A stretch of 64,000 nt of DNA, taken from assembly GCA_009914755.4 (NCBI GenBank), contig CP068257.2:37216001-37280000 (forward strand), written 5' to 3'. The notes under the pieces were generated by a model. That model was not told the DNA's origin. It did not search any database and saw only the letters and a list, made by a program, of their open reading frames with translations. The translations under genes were made by a program, and so were the position numbers. Origin of the DNA: the human T2T-CHM13v2.0 reference genome, Homo sapiens. Below are positions 12,428 through 25,129 of this stretch, in pieces (position 1 is the stretch's first letter; every line of letters starts with the position of its first letter).

Positions 12428-12765
12428 GCTTGGCTGTGGGTTCTCATCCAAATCTCATCTTGAATTATAATTTGAATTGTAATCCCCACATGTTGAGGGA
12501 AGGACCTAGTGGGACACGATTGGATCATGGGGGCAGTTTCCCCCATGCTGTTCCCGTGATAGTGAGTTCTCACAAGATCTGGTTGTTTAATAAGGGTCTG
12601 GTGCTACCCCCTTCTTTCTCTTTCTCTCCTGCCACCATGTAAGATGTGCCTTGCTTCCCCTTCGCCTTTGTGAGGCCTCTACAGCCATGCAGAACTGTGA
12701 GTCAGTTAAACCCCTTTTCTTTACCCAGTCCCAGGTAGTATCTTTATAGCAGTGTGAAAATGGAC
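12428..12765 (+). mobile_element. MaLR solo LTR, THE1-type
   Basis: tg.ttggctgtgggttctcatccaaatctcatcttgaattataat...ccccacatgttgagggaaggacctagtgggacacgattggatcatgggggcagtttcccccatgctgttcccgtgatagtgagttctcacaagatctg...cagtgtgaaaatggactaatacaa. Confidence 0.65.
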
Positions 12766-12869
12766 TAATACAAATTCCAATTCCAATTTTAGTGAAATCC
12801 AATTCCAAATTTTGGTGAATTCCAAAAATTTTTTTCTATGACTCTGCTAACAAATGTGTCCATCCCCAA

Positions 12870-13890
12870 ACTCATAAAGATATTTTTAAAGTTTTCTTCT
12901 AGAGGTTTTACAGGTTTAGTGTTATGATAAGGCCTATGGTCCACCTTGGAATAAATTTTTTGTATGGTATGAGGTAGGGATTGAGGTTCTTCCCTCTCCT
13001 CATATGGATTTCACTTATTTCTGCATCTGTTTTTGGAAATTTCCTTTTTTTCTCGTTGAATTGCTTTGGCATCTTTGTTGAAAATACCATTTGACCATAT
13101 AGTTGGGAACTTATTTCTAGAATTTCTATTTTGCTTGATCGTTTTTTGTCTGTTCTTTCAGCAGTACAGTCCTGTATTAGTCTGTTCTCATTCTGCTAAT
13201 AAAGACATATGCAAGACTGGGTAATTTATAAAGGAAAGAAGTTTAATTGACTCACAGTTCCACATGGCTGGGGAGGCCTCACAATCATTGTGGAAGGCAA
13301 GAGAGCGTATGTAGGAGAACTCAAAACCATCAGATCTCATGAGACTTATTCACTACCATGAGAACAGTATGGGGAAACCACCCCCATGGTTCAATTATTT
13401 CCACCTAGCTCTGCCTTTGACACACGCAGATTATTACAATTCAAGGTGCGATTTGGGTGGGGACACAGCCAAACTATATCAAGTACTGTTTTGATTACTA
13501 CAGCTTTAGGTTAAAATTTGAAGTCAGGTAGTATAAGTCCTCCAAATTTGTTCTTTTTCAAAATTATTTTTGTCATTCTATGTGCTTTGAATTTTCATAT
13601 AAATTTTAGAATCTGCTCATTGATTTCTATTTTTAAAAACCATCTGGGATTTGGATTGGGATTGCCTTGCATCTATACATAAATTTGGAGATAAATGACA
13701 TAATAAGAAAATTGTCTCCCAATCCATAAACATTGTATATATTTCCATTTATTTAGGTCTTATTTTATTTCTCCACAACATCTTATAGTTTTTATTACAG
13801 AGGTATTACATACCTTTTGTTAAATTTATCTCTAAGTATTTCATATTTTGGGGTGCTATTGTAAAGAGTATTTTAAAACTTTTATTTTTA
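12870..13890 (-). mobile_element. L1 ORF2 fragment, antisense, interrupted by a THE1-type LTR at 13186-13487
   Basis: Antisense ORF2 motifs (ttcttctagaggttttacaggttt, gattactacagctttaggttaaaatttgaagtcaggtagtataagtcctccaaatttgttcttttt, gattgccttgcatctatacataaatttggag) run on both sides of the LTR. Confidence 0.65.
13186..13487 (-). mobile_element. MaLR solo LTR, THE1-type, inserted into L1
   Basis: tgtattagtctgttctcattctgctaataaagacatatgcaagactgggtaatttataaaggaaagaagtttaattgactcacagttccacatggctggggaggcctcacaatcat...acaattcaaggtgcgatttgggtggggacacagccaaactatatca. Confidence 0.65.
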
Positions 13891-16374
13891 AATGCTATAT
13901 AAAAATATATGTGTATATAAAAACACATACATGTGGGTGTATTTGTATATCTATCACTACAGCTATATGTTTATATTAATGTCTATATCTATGTCTATCT
14001 TTGAGTCTCTATTTTCAGACTTGGGCAAACTCTACTCCTCAATTTGTGGAAAAATCTCAGTATTGATCTATGCATGGTAGGTGCATTTCATACATATGTA
14101 TGTATTTTTAACAATGTAAGAAGCACCCTCTATTTCACCTTCCAAACAAAAACTTAACTGACAGTAATCTATATCTAATCACATGGTTTCCGCCACTTAA
14201 GGCCTATCCCCTGGTCTCCATAGTCAAGTATTATCATCCCAAATAAATCTCTGAATTTATTGAACCTTTTCCCTGTTCACGGATTTTGTGGTGATGTTTC
14301 CAGGTTTTTGCTGTCACAACTAATTCTGTAATAAGTATTTTTGTGTGGTATATTTGGTCCAAACACTGATTATATTCTTGGGAGGTGTTTTTATAATTGG
14401 AATTCCCATGCTAAAGTACATCAAAGGGCATGAACATTTTAAGATTCTTGATATAGTTTAGCAAAAGATTTCCAGAGTGCTTGTATCAACTAACTCTTTC
14501 ACCAGCAAGACAAGAATGGCCACTTCAGAGTACCTTTGCCAAAATTTATTAAATTTTTTTAACTTCGTTAAATATAATGAGTGACACTTTTAACTTTTGC
14601 ATTATTCACATTTTATTAGACAGTGGTTTTTCCTACTCTGCAAATTTTCTATTTTGATTTTGAAATATTTGTATTTAATGATATTTAATGTATTGTGGAG
14701 AGTAACTAGCTGCACATCACATTTATAGAAAGTATTTTTCCCTTTTAATTTTGTACATGATTATACCAAGTTTTATACATGCTCCATCCTCATGACCTAA
14801 ACACCTCCCAAAAGGCCCAACACCCCAACAAACAGTGTTACAGTGGGGATTAAGCTTCCAATACATGAATTCTGGGGGACACATTCAGACAATAGCAAAT
14901 ATTAAAACTATAAATTGTATAAAATTGTATAAACACAATTTACCTATTATCTGTTAGGAAGTGTCATTGTTCTAAGGTCATCCTAGTCCTGGTCAGCCAG
15001 TCTCACATGAAATAAAATCCACCTGGCTGTGAAGCCACCTCCTTCAGCACAGTGCCATCATCCCTGCCCTCTACTTAGTGAAAAACAATGGGACTGTTAA
15101 AGCGTTGCATTGGAAAGCATTACCTACTCTTCCAGCCTGATCTGGAATAGCCTCAGACGCCCCCAGCCCCTCTCAGAATGAGGGGACTTTTTCCAGCTCC
15201 GCAGGACTGTGCAGGGCCCCTTCCCAGTGCAGCCTTGACTGTGGGGTGCGGTCCCTCTGCATGCCACTCACAGGACAAGTTTAATCAAGCCCAGTTTAAG
15301 GATCACAACCATAATGTCTACAAAACCATGATGAACTACAACCATTTGTAGTTCATTAGTTCAGAAAATCATTACTGAACTTCTGTGAACCTCCACAGTG
15401 CAAGAGCCCTTTTTGAAATGCAAATTTGGATAGATTCCCGGTTCAGGCTTACTTATATGCCAAGATAAATGAAAAGGGGATTCTTACATGTCAGTCAAAG
15501 ATGATTTCTCATCTAGCACACACCCTGAGCTTCTGGAAGTCGCCCAGTCACTCACTACGTTATTTGCCACACAGGTATTACACAAAGACCACGAGAAAAA
15601 GTCATCGTCCAAACCAGAGAAAGGAAATTGACCGGTGACCTGTCCTGGGCGCATAGCCGCATGTGATGACAGGCAGGACCCTGGCAGGGCAGAGAAACCA
15701 GCTCTGTTCAGAGGTTTCCAGACTGTAAATTTAAAGCCCTGTACAATTTCAACAACAATGAAAATTTAAGGATCAAGTGTACTGGCCTTTCAGCCTTCCA
15801 CTTTGCCAAATAAGCAAATTGAAAAAATAGTTACACTCATTTTTGCTATCATTTTATAAAAGGATATTTTTAACAGAAAAAAAGGGTAAAGAAAGTTATC
15901 TTAGAATAAAAGACAGTTTCTCAATTAAGTTCATTTGAAGTATGACAACTTGCTATACATTCCTTATTTTTCTACTTTCGTTTGCAGACCAGTGCAAAGG
16001 CTTTTATATGGACCAACCCCAGTCAGAAAGCAGGCACTTGGAAACCTCGTGTCTGTGAAGAACAAGGGGTGGAACCTCTGAAATCCTCCCCTTTGAGATT
16101 TCCCATGCATTCACACATCCTTCTGTGTGCCTTGAAAATGTAAGAAACAGATGTGGGCAAGAGGCAGCCAGAAGACTCCGGCACAGGCCCTGCAACCTAT
16201 CTGCTCACATCCTGCTTGGGAGACATGTCAGCGATAAACTCCAGGAGTAGTCACGAGGGCTGACAGGGGTTCCTGCCCGGCTCTGCATCCAACAGCCTGG
16301 TGGAGCCTAGGCTAAGTCTACAAAAATACGGAGCTCAGAGCTCCTACCTAGATTTCTTTGCTTTATTCAGGCAG

Positions 16375-16640
16375 AATTGACAAATTAAAAGGTATGTATT
16401 TAAGGTGTACTACTTGATTATTTGAAATACATGTACACAATTATGCTAATTAACATATCCATCGCCTCACAGTTACCTTTTTGGTATGTGATGAGAACAC
16501 TCAAGATCTGACCTCTTGGCAAATTTCGTGTACAACACAGTATTGTTCATTGCAGTCACCACGCAGGACACTAGATCTCCAGAATTTAAGTTACGTTTTG
16601 ATTGATTAGGTATGAGTTGGGCCTAACGATAGCATTTTAC
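16375..16640 (-). mobile_element. L1 3'UTR fragment, antisense
   Basis: ...tcttggcaaatttcgtgtacaacacagtattgttcattgcagtcaccacgcaggacactagatctccagaatttaagt. A parallel copy occurs at 37560-37760 of this window, inside an antisense L1 3' end. Confidence 0.5.
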
Positions 16641-16650
16641 TCTTTTTATT

Positions 16651-16947
16651 CTTTTTTCTTTTTTTTTTTTGAGACAGGGTCTTAACTGTCACCCAGGCTG
16701 AGTGCAGTGGCACAATCATGGTTCACTGCAGTCTCAACTACCTGGGCTCAAGCAATCTCCTACCTCAGCCCCACAAGTCGGTGGGACTATAGGCACACCA
16801 TCACGCTTGGCTCATCTTCTATTTCTCATAGAGACAGGGTCTAACTATGTTGCCGAGGCTGGCCAGGAACTCCTGTACACAAGTGGTTCTCCCGCCTTGG
16901 GCTCCCAAAGTGGTGGGATTACAGGCTTGAGCCACTGCACCTGACTG
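16651..16947 (-). mobile_element. Alu SINE, antisense, with 13-bp TSD
   Basis: Poly-T then gagacagggtcttaactgtcacccaggctgagtgcagtggcacaatcatggttcactgcag...gggattacaggcttgagccactgcacctg. TSD cattttactcttt flanks both ends, at about 16634-16646 and 16948-16960. Confidence 0.95.
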
Positions 16948-17189
16948 GACATTTTACTCTTTATCACAGCATTAGATACACATGGTCTAAAATATCACAA
17001 GGCTTATAATGGAAACAACTAGCCCCTGGCTCTGCCTACCCCACGCTGCTCATAGCCATGAGATTACGACCACCAGTGCACTTAGTGATGCTTTTGGGAA
17101 TTCACTTCTATGCTTGTTAATAACATGCTCATAGGGCTAGATCCTGATCCTCCATTGAGCACATTAACCTTGGGGATCTGCAAAACCAT

Positions 17190-17770
17190 GGCTTCTCCCC
17201 ACTAAAGATGTCCATGTCCTAATCCTGGGAACATGGGATCCTGTGAACATGTCACTTTCCATGCCAGAAGGGACTTTGCAGGTGTGATTCAAGTAAGCAT
17301 CTTGAGATGGGGAGATTTTCCTGGATTATCCAGCCTGGTCCAATATCATCATAAGGGTCCACATGAAAGGGAGGGATTATCCAGCCTGGTCCAATATAAT
17401 CATAAGGATCCATATGAAAGGGAGGGATTATTCAGCCTGGTCCAATATCATCATAAGCGTCCATATGAAAGGGAGGGATGAGAGTGGAGTCAGAAAAAAG
17501 AGAGGTCGCCGTGGAAGCAGAGGTTGGAACAATTCACTGTGAAGACAGAGGAAGGGGCCAAAGCCGAGGAATGTGGTGGCCTCTGGAAGCTGGAAAGGGC
17601 AAGGAAGATTCTCCTCAGAGCTTCCAGAAAGACAACAGCCCTGCCGACGCCTTTGATTATAGCACAGTGAAGACTCATTTCAGACTTCTGAACTCCAGAA
17701 CTGCAAGGTCACAGTTGTGTTGTCTTAAGCCACTGAATGTCCGGTAATGAGTTACAGAAGCAACAGGAAG
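17190..17770 (-). mobile_element. MaLR LTR, MLT1-type, reverse orientation, containing an internal 51-bp x3 tandem repeat
   Basis: 3' block ...cagacttctgaactccagaactgcaaggtcacagttgtgttgtcttaagccactgaatgtccggtaatgagttacagaagc and upstream blocks gggactttgcaggtgtgattcaagtaagcatcttgagatggggagattttcctgg...ggtccacatgaaagggaggg. Confidence 0.5.
17325..17480. repeat. Tandem repeat, ~51-bp unit x3
   Basis: Unit attatccagcctggtccaatatcatcataagggtccacatgaaagggaggg repeated three times with a few substitutions. The iterated peptide SSLVQY(H/N)HK.P.EREGL in ORF 17233..17481 comes from this repeat. Confidence 0.9.
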
Positions 17771-19640
17771 CCAATACAGCTCTTTAATACTCCCCCAAAT
17801 TACCACCCTGTTGCCCCAACAAACATTCGCTTCTCTTTCTTCATCTTCCCAATGTTGTTTATCTGGGTCTTCAGAAAGTCAATACTATGATTATGTAAAT
17901 ATTTTCCACTGAGCCACATCAAGAAATAAGATTGCATTTCTGTCTCGTACATGTGTATGTTTTCAAGCTTATAATTACTTTGGATTTTCCCCGATGCACC
18001 TCTGGCTAATTTTCAACAGCCACAATTTACTTGTAAAACGCTTTCTCAATTCTATTTTCCGCACAGCTTATATATCAAAAAAAAAATTCAGTTCATGTTT
18101 TTCCTGGAGGAATGCCTCCGGGAAACCCTGGTCTCCCAGCTTCCACCTGGACTGATGGCTCCCTGGGTCCCCTGCATGGCTGCCAGCCTGACAATCCCTT
18201 CTGTCCTGCTCTGCTTCACTGGTTTCGCTGCTGAGACTCCTCTTTCTTGGTTTTCTCTTATCTTGGACGAGCATGTGCCCAGTAACTGCCTGAGAAAGGG
18301 TGCAGACAAGAAACGTTTCTTGAGATCTTGAGTGCTTGAAAATGCCTGTATTTCATTTTCAAAATTGATCAGTAGTTTCATAAGCCAAGAATTCCACATT
18401 AGAAATTTGTTGCCCTTCCAGAATTTTGAAGGCCCTTGTCTTCTAGCTCCCTGTGTTGCTGTTGAGAATTCTAAGGGCCTCCTGATTGCTGATATTTGCT
18501 AAGTGGCCTCTGTGTTCCTCTAGAAGCTTCTAAGGCCTTCTCTTTATCTCTGCTGCAGTGATATTCCATGATGATTTGCCTTGGCCTGAGCATCTATCAG
18601 GAGATTTATGCCACTTAGCTCTAGGGAATTTTCTTGCATTTTAAAAAATAACTTATTCTCTATATATTTTTTTCCTTTTCTCTCTTTTGGAATTCCTGTT
18701 TGTCAGGAGTTCAACTTTCTTCTCTTGTCTTTTCATCTCTCCTCTCCTATTGTTGGTTCTTCGGCCTTTTGCGGTATTTTTTTTGGCAAAAATTCTCATT
18801 GTTATCTTCTAATCCTCCTGTAGAATTTTGTTTCAGCTCTGTCCTCTTTCCTGCCCCTAATCCTGGAGCTGTGAATGTTCCTGCTAGGAGCCTGATCTTG
18901 AATCACAAGTATACAGCTCCTCTTAAGTCCTAGAAGGTTTTAATTGTGGGTTTGTCCAGAAAGTTTCCCTCTGCTCCCTGAATTGCCTGTTTTCTCTGAG
19001 ATCCTTTCTGTCTTGTCTTTAGTTTCTGTTTGTCTGTGTTAGAGGGCTTCCTGTCTGGTGATCCTTGGCTATCTATTCATAGTTAAGAGTGAGACACTAA
19101 AATATTTATCAGAAACTGGTGTGCTGGGGCAGGATTTGCCTGTGCAGTGAGAGGCGAAGTACATGTTCAGAGGAGCCCACATTGTTAGCATCTGGAGCCT
19201 GTCCTCTGGGTGATGTTGTCCTCAGAGGTCATCTGTTTTCCTGCTTGCTGGTTATAGGTTTGGCTATGGCTGCCCTGGAGCAGGGATGGGGAAGGGGCCA
19301 GAAGTCCACCATTCAGTGTGCACAATTCATATCCCCACCTCACCCTGCACTGGAGTGCCAGCTGCCTCGATTTCCCAGAGGATCACCCTCGAGTCTCTCG
19401 TGGGATCAAGGAGCTAGTGTCTGCCTGAGCAGCAGATCTAACAACCCTTGGACAGCATTCAATAACCCACCTCTTGCCAACCCCATCTCATCCCAACCTT
19501 TCAGAGGGCCTGGAGTCTGATTCCGGAGCCTCTCGGGTGGATCCTCAAGGTCTTCTGCCTGCACCTCTGACTGCAGACACTCGGTAGCCAGCTTCCTTCC
19601 CTCTGCTAAGTCACCGCCCACCCATGGCTGTGTCTGCTTT
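17770..19640 (-). mobile_element. Probable L1 5'-region (ORF1/5'UTR) remnant, antisense
   Basis: Loose antisense resemblance to older L1 5' sequence in a T-rich, pyrimidine-skewed stretch (ttcttctcttgtcttttcatctctcctctcc...). Low confidence. Confidence 0.35.
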
Positions 19641-19811
19641 CCTCTTCAGACATAACTCACATTGTCATTCATCTTATTTAATCCCCAGTCCTGGGCTCCT
19701 CATCCTGTAAGGTTCCCTGTTTTCATGCTTTTACTGACATTTTAGGGGGGGTGGGCAGAAAAGTAATGAAAGTACATGTACCACCGGCCATGTTTAAGCC
19801 TCTTCTGCCTG

Positions 19812-20127
19812 GGCTGGGCATGGTTGTTCACGCCTGTAATCCCAGCACTTTGGGAGTCCGAGGTGAGTGGACCACCTGAGGTCAGGAGTTCAAGACCAGC
19901 CTGGCCAACATGGTGAAACCCCGTCTCTACTAAAAAATACAAAAATTAGCTGGGAGTGGTGTTGGGCGCCTTTAATCCCAGCTACTTGGGAGCCTGAGGC
20001 ATGAAAATCACTTGAACCCGGGAGGCAGAGGTTGCAGTGAGCCGAGATCAGGCCACTGTGCTCCAGCCTGGGTGACAAGAGTGAAATTCCATCACCAAAC
20101 AAACAAACAAACAAACAAACAAAAAAG
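19812..20127 (+). mobile_element. Alu SINE with (CAAA)n tail
   Basis: ggctgggcatggttgttcacgcctgtaatcccagcactttgggag...gcagtgagccgagatcaggccactgtgctccagcctgggtgacaagag...caaacaaacaaacaaacaaacaaac at 20093-20127. Confidence 0.95.
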
Positions 20128-21599
20128 CCCCCCAAAAAACAAAGACTCTTCTGCCCATGCCTGTCAGATACTGAAGGAAAAACGCAAAGCACCTTCCAGG
20201 AAAGCTGAGTCACAGAGGTGCACAGAGCCAACCCAGGAGCTTCTCTTTCTCCCACAGCATGCACCCATCCCTAGCAAGTCCTGCCAGCTCTGCTCTAAAC
20301 AGGACCAGGCTCAAAGCTCATCTCTTCACCTCCTTCACTACCTTCCCTACCATTCGTCTGGGATTCCTGCAGGCACCTCTGACTAGACTGCCCTGCTGTG
20401 TCCTCTTCAGTCTACTCTCAGAAATTAGACTCAGCTGGAGAGATTCCTGTTAAAACAAAAGTCAGATAATATGACCCCTTCATTCTAAACCTTCCGACAG
20501 CTTCCCATTTCACTCATGACAATATCCTAAGGCCTTACCATGAACTGCAGAGTCAACACAATCTTTCCATATCACCTCCTACTCCTGGCCTCTTTGCTTA
20601 ATCTGCATCAGGCACACTGAACCCCTTGCCATTTCTCACACACACTGAGTGTGTTCCAGCCCCAGGGCCTTTGCACTTGCTGCTCGATCCCCAGATACTC
20701 CTATGATCATGTCTTCACTTACTTCCATGCTCAGCTGAAATGTTACCTTATCAGAGAGACCTCCATTGTTTTATCAATCCATTTGCAGCCTGAAAAAGTC
20801 TGATTGTGATTCCTGGGTTCCAAACACCTTGATCCTTCAGCTGCTGATATTACAATCAGAAATTAATACTGGTTATTGGTATTCTGACTTCTATTTGGAA
20901 TCCATGAAGATCCCTAGGCCAACACTTCTCAAGCTTTAACGTGCATGTGAACCAGAAAGATGCTAGCCAGTGCTTCTTAGACTTTTACATACAAAGGAAT
21001 CACTTTGAGAGCTTGCCAAATGCAGATTAAGACTCAGCAAGTTTGGGACTAGACCAGAGGTTTGCATCTGTAACACGCGCCCAGGTGATGTTGAGCCTGC
21101 TGCTCCCCAGCTTACCTTTTGAACGACAAAGTCTAGACCAAGGTGAGGATACTGTCCCTCTCATCCCAGACACACAAGAGAGGCTGGGCCTTCATCCCTC
21201 CCATCCCCACCTGTGGGCAAGTTACTCCATCAGCCAGAAGATGGTCAGCTCTTACAGCCTCAGAGGTCTAATGATGCAACAGCTGCAGCACCTGCTCCCT
21301 GGGTGCCCGCCTGTGGGGTGAGTCAGCGGCTGGACTGAGATGACAGCTCATGAGCATGTCTCCTGGGACTGTGCCTGTGGCCTGGGCTTGGGCCAGACTC
21401 CGTCAGCAACTAAATGCACCTGGAAGGCTCTCCTCAGCTCTGCAAATCCCACCAGCTGCCTGACCTGCTTTCCCCAAGCCCTACCACTCCTCTCGCCTAC
21501 TCTTAACTGCCTTCGTCACCCCAGTTAGGTCAAATGGCATTCTCTTCAGAATGACCTCTACCATCTGTTGAGACTCTGTTATCTGCCAGGCAGTGTTGC

Positions 21600-21790
21600 A
21601 GGCATTTCCCTTGCATCATTTGATTTAACTCTCATAAGTGTGCTATGGGATGACTGTTATTACCTTCTTTTAAGATGAGGAAATGACACTGCAGTGACTA
21701 TAACTAATTTGCTCAGGATCACAAAGCTGGGAAGTGATGGAGGTGGGATCCCAGGCTGGCTCTCTGATTCCATCTTGGGCAGGGGACATC
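21600..21790 (+). mobile_element. MIR SINE fragment
   Basis: ttaccttcttttaagatgaggaaatgacactgcagtgactataactaatttgctcaggatcacaaagctgggaagtgatggaggtgggatcccaggctggctctctgattcc, matching MIR blocks (acagatgaggaaactgaggc.cagagag.ttaagtaacttgcccaaggtcacacagctag.aagtggcagagc.gggat.cgaacccagg). Confidence 0.55.
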
Positions 21791-22139
21791 ACATCTGTGC
21801 CACCACCCTACTTGTGGTCTACCAGGCTCCACCACCTCCATTATCTTAGTGGACAGGTGGAGAAGCACCACCTCATCTTTGTGGAGGGAAATGCTGTACT
21901 TCAGCTTCCTTCATCCTAACACCCAGGGAAAAGGAAACATCCCAGTCCCATCTCAGCTAGCTTTCCTGTATTACCTAATATAAGATGGGATAATAACTGA
22001 GACTCCCAGGTGAAGGTCACAGCCCAGGGACACAGGCTCACTAAAAACCTGAAACCTAATCATTGGACTCTATATAGAATGATTCGCCTCCCCCATTTCT
22101 GCCCAGCACATCCGCAGTGCTCTTTTGTAGTAACTGGAA

Positions 22140-23866
22140 CACAATATAAGCTATATGTCAGTGAGCTTGAAGATATATGAATAGAAACTTCTCAAACTGA
22201 AAGACAAAGGGAAGAAAGACTGAAAAAAAAATGGAGCACCATGTTTAAAAATGGCAGGACAATTACAAAAGGTGTAACATATATGTAATGGGAATACCAA
22301 AAAAGAAGAAAGGGAGAAAGGAACAGAAAAAAATATTTGAAGTAATAATGACTGAGAATTTTCCAAAATTAATGAGACACCAAACCACAGATTCAGGAAA
22401 CTAAAGAGAACACCAAGCAGGATGGATATTTTAAAACGTATACCTAGGTATATAGTATATATTCAAATTGCAGAAAATCAAAGATGCAGAGAAAATAATG
22501 AAAGAATTCAGAGGTGGAAAAAAAACCTACCTTACGTATGGAGGATCAAGCATAAGACTACATCAGACTTCTCCTCGAAAACCATGCAAGTAAAAAGAGA
22601 GTGTGGAGTGAAATATTTAAAGGGCTGAAAGAAAGAAAACACCACTAGCTATAGATAGAATTCTGTATCCAGTGAAATTATCCTTCAAAAGTGAATGGCA
22701 AATACTTTTGCAGAGAAAGAAAAACGGAAGGGGTTTGCTGCCAGTAGGACTTCCTTGAAAAAGAAGGGAAAATGACATAGGTGAAAAACTCAGGTCTACT
22801 AAAAGGAATGAAGAGCATTCAAGAAGAAAGAAACGAAGGCTAAAATGAATAATTTCTTTTTCATATTTTATGCTAATCTAACAGTTTATCATTTTCTTCA
22901 AGATAATAATAGTAAACATGTATTGGGTGATTATAGTTTATAAATTAGTGAAATGAATGACAAAAATGTTATAAGAGATGAGGAAAAGAATTGTGAATAC
23001 TCTGTGATAACATATTCTCACTACACATGAAGTGGTATTGTGTTATTTGAAAATGGACTTGGATCAGTTTTAAGTGTATATTGCAAAATCACAGGCAACT
23101 ACTAAAAAAATTGTAAAGAAGTATAACTGATATATAATGAAAGAGGAAATAAAATGGAATCATATAAAATTCTCAAGGAAAATCAGAAAAGGAGAAAAAA
23201 GTGTAAGAGGAAAAAGAAACAGAACAAGGGAAACACATAGAAACAGTAATAAATATGGTTGATATTATATCAAATATATTAATAATTAGTTTATATGTCA
23301 ATGTTCTAAATATGTGAATTACAAGACAGACGCTAGCTGGGTGGATTAAAAAAACCAGACCTAACTGTATGTTGTCTACAAGAAACTCACTTTAACTATA
23401 AAGACACAATTAGAATACAAGTAAAGAGATAGAGATAGATATACCATGTTAATGCTGGAATATCTGTATTTATATCAGACAATGTGGACTACAGAAAAAG
23501 TATCAGGGCAAAGGGGCAAGAAGGGCGGAGTGAGCAAGTGGAGCCAGGAGGAATTTTAGGGCAGTGGAACTCTTCTATGCTTTACTGTAATCGTGCGTGC
23601 CTGACATTATGCATTTGTCAAAACTGCTAGAACTGAACAACACATGGAGTGAACCCTCACGTAAACTATGGACTTTCATGGATAATAATGTACCAGTACT
23701 TTCATCCATTTTAGCAAACGTACTGCAACAATGCAAAATGCTGATAATAATAGGGGACACTGTGGGAGGAGTCAAGGGTCTATGTAATATCTCTGCACAA
23801 TTTTTCTTTAAACCTATCACTGCTCTAAAAAATAAAGCCCAGTTTTGTTTTGTTTTTAAAAAAAGA
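22140..23866 (+). mobile_element. L1, sense, with a large internal deletion
   Basis: ORF1 C-terminal half (...TENFPKLMRHQTTDSGN..., KIKDAEKIMKEFRGGKKPYLTYGG...), inter-ORF spacer and ORF2 endonuclease start (LAGWIKKTRPNCMLSTRNSL.L.RHN.NTSKE, cf. L1 ...WIKSQDPSVCCIQETHLTCKDTHRLKIKGW) run straight into the L1M 3' end (ggaattttagggcagtggaactcttctatgc...tgtcaaaactgctagaactgaacaacacatggagtgaaccctcacgtaaactatggactttcatggataataatg...ctgctctaaaaaataaagcc). Confidence 0.75.
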
Positions 23867-24362
<496 letters not shown>

Positions 24363-25129
24363 CTAATTTCATTCTGGGTAAAGGGACCATGAGCGAGTTG
24401 CTCATGGCAAAGTCCCAGAGGATGAACAAGAGGCTGTGAGTCTCGGTCTGCCAGAGGGATTCTAGGAGAGAGAAGTAGCTTAATAAGCAAAAGGTGGCAA
24501 ATATGAGCCGAAAGAAGGCCCCATCCCCTTGTAGTAGACATGCACTTCTGAAGACGGCTCAGTGGATTGGAGACTGTTCCCAGGGCCACCTTGGGAGGCA
24601 TGAGGGAAGGAGCTTGGGTCAACCTGTCATACCCAAAGCAGAGTCACCCTCACTCAGGACACTTGCTGAACAGGGACAAACCAGCTTCATAGAAAATCCA
24701 TGAAATTGTAGACTCCACCAGAAATTTTAGACTCCATCTACTTATTTCTCCTGGATTGTTACATTGAAAATCCAGGTCTCTCAGTTTAGACCTTTGGGGA
24801 GACTCTTCAGTCCTCTCCCCATCTGCTAACCTTGACCAAACACAAAGGAGAGAGGGGCTTCAGAGGAGGGTCCCTCGGACCTTGGTGGGCAGGACCCACT
24901 TTCCCTGTGCAGAAGGAAACTTGAAATCAGGAGACTGAGCCTCACCCAGGGACAGGCCCCACCGCTGTGCCCTGACAGGCCCTTGTGGACAGAAAGGGAC
25001 AGGGCGTAGCCTCACTTCGACCCTCTGGGTTTGCTGTGGGGCCAGCTGGGCCTGGTGTGGCTGAGCTCCAGAGTGCTGTCAGCCACTCCCAGTTCCCTCA
25101 TGACCTGGGCAGGGAATATAATATCACCT

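Noticed and set aside
12770-12835. Short aattcc/aattccaaatt-type periodic stretch that resembles satellite DNA
   Set aside because: Only about 60 bp and 4-5 imperfect units, sitting between an LTR and an L1 fragment. Too short to call a satellite.
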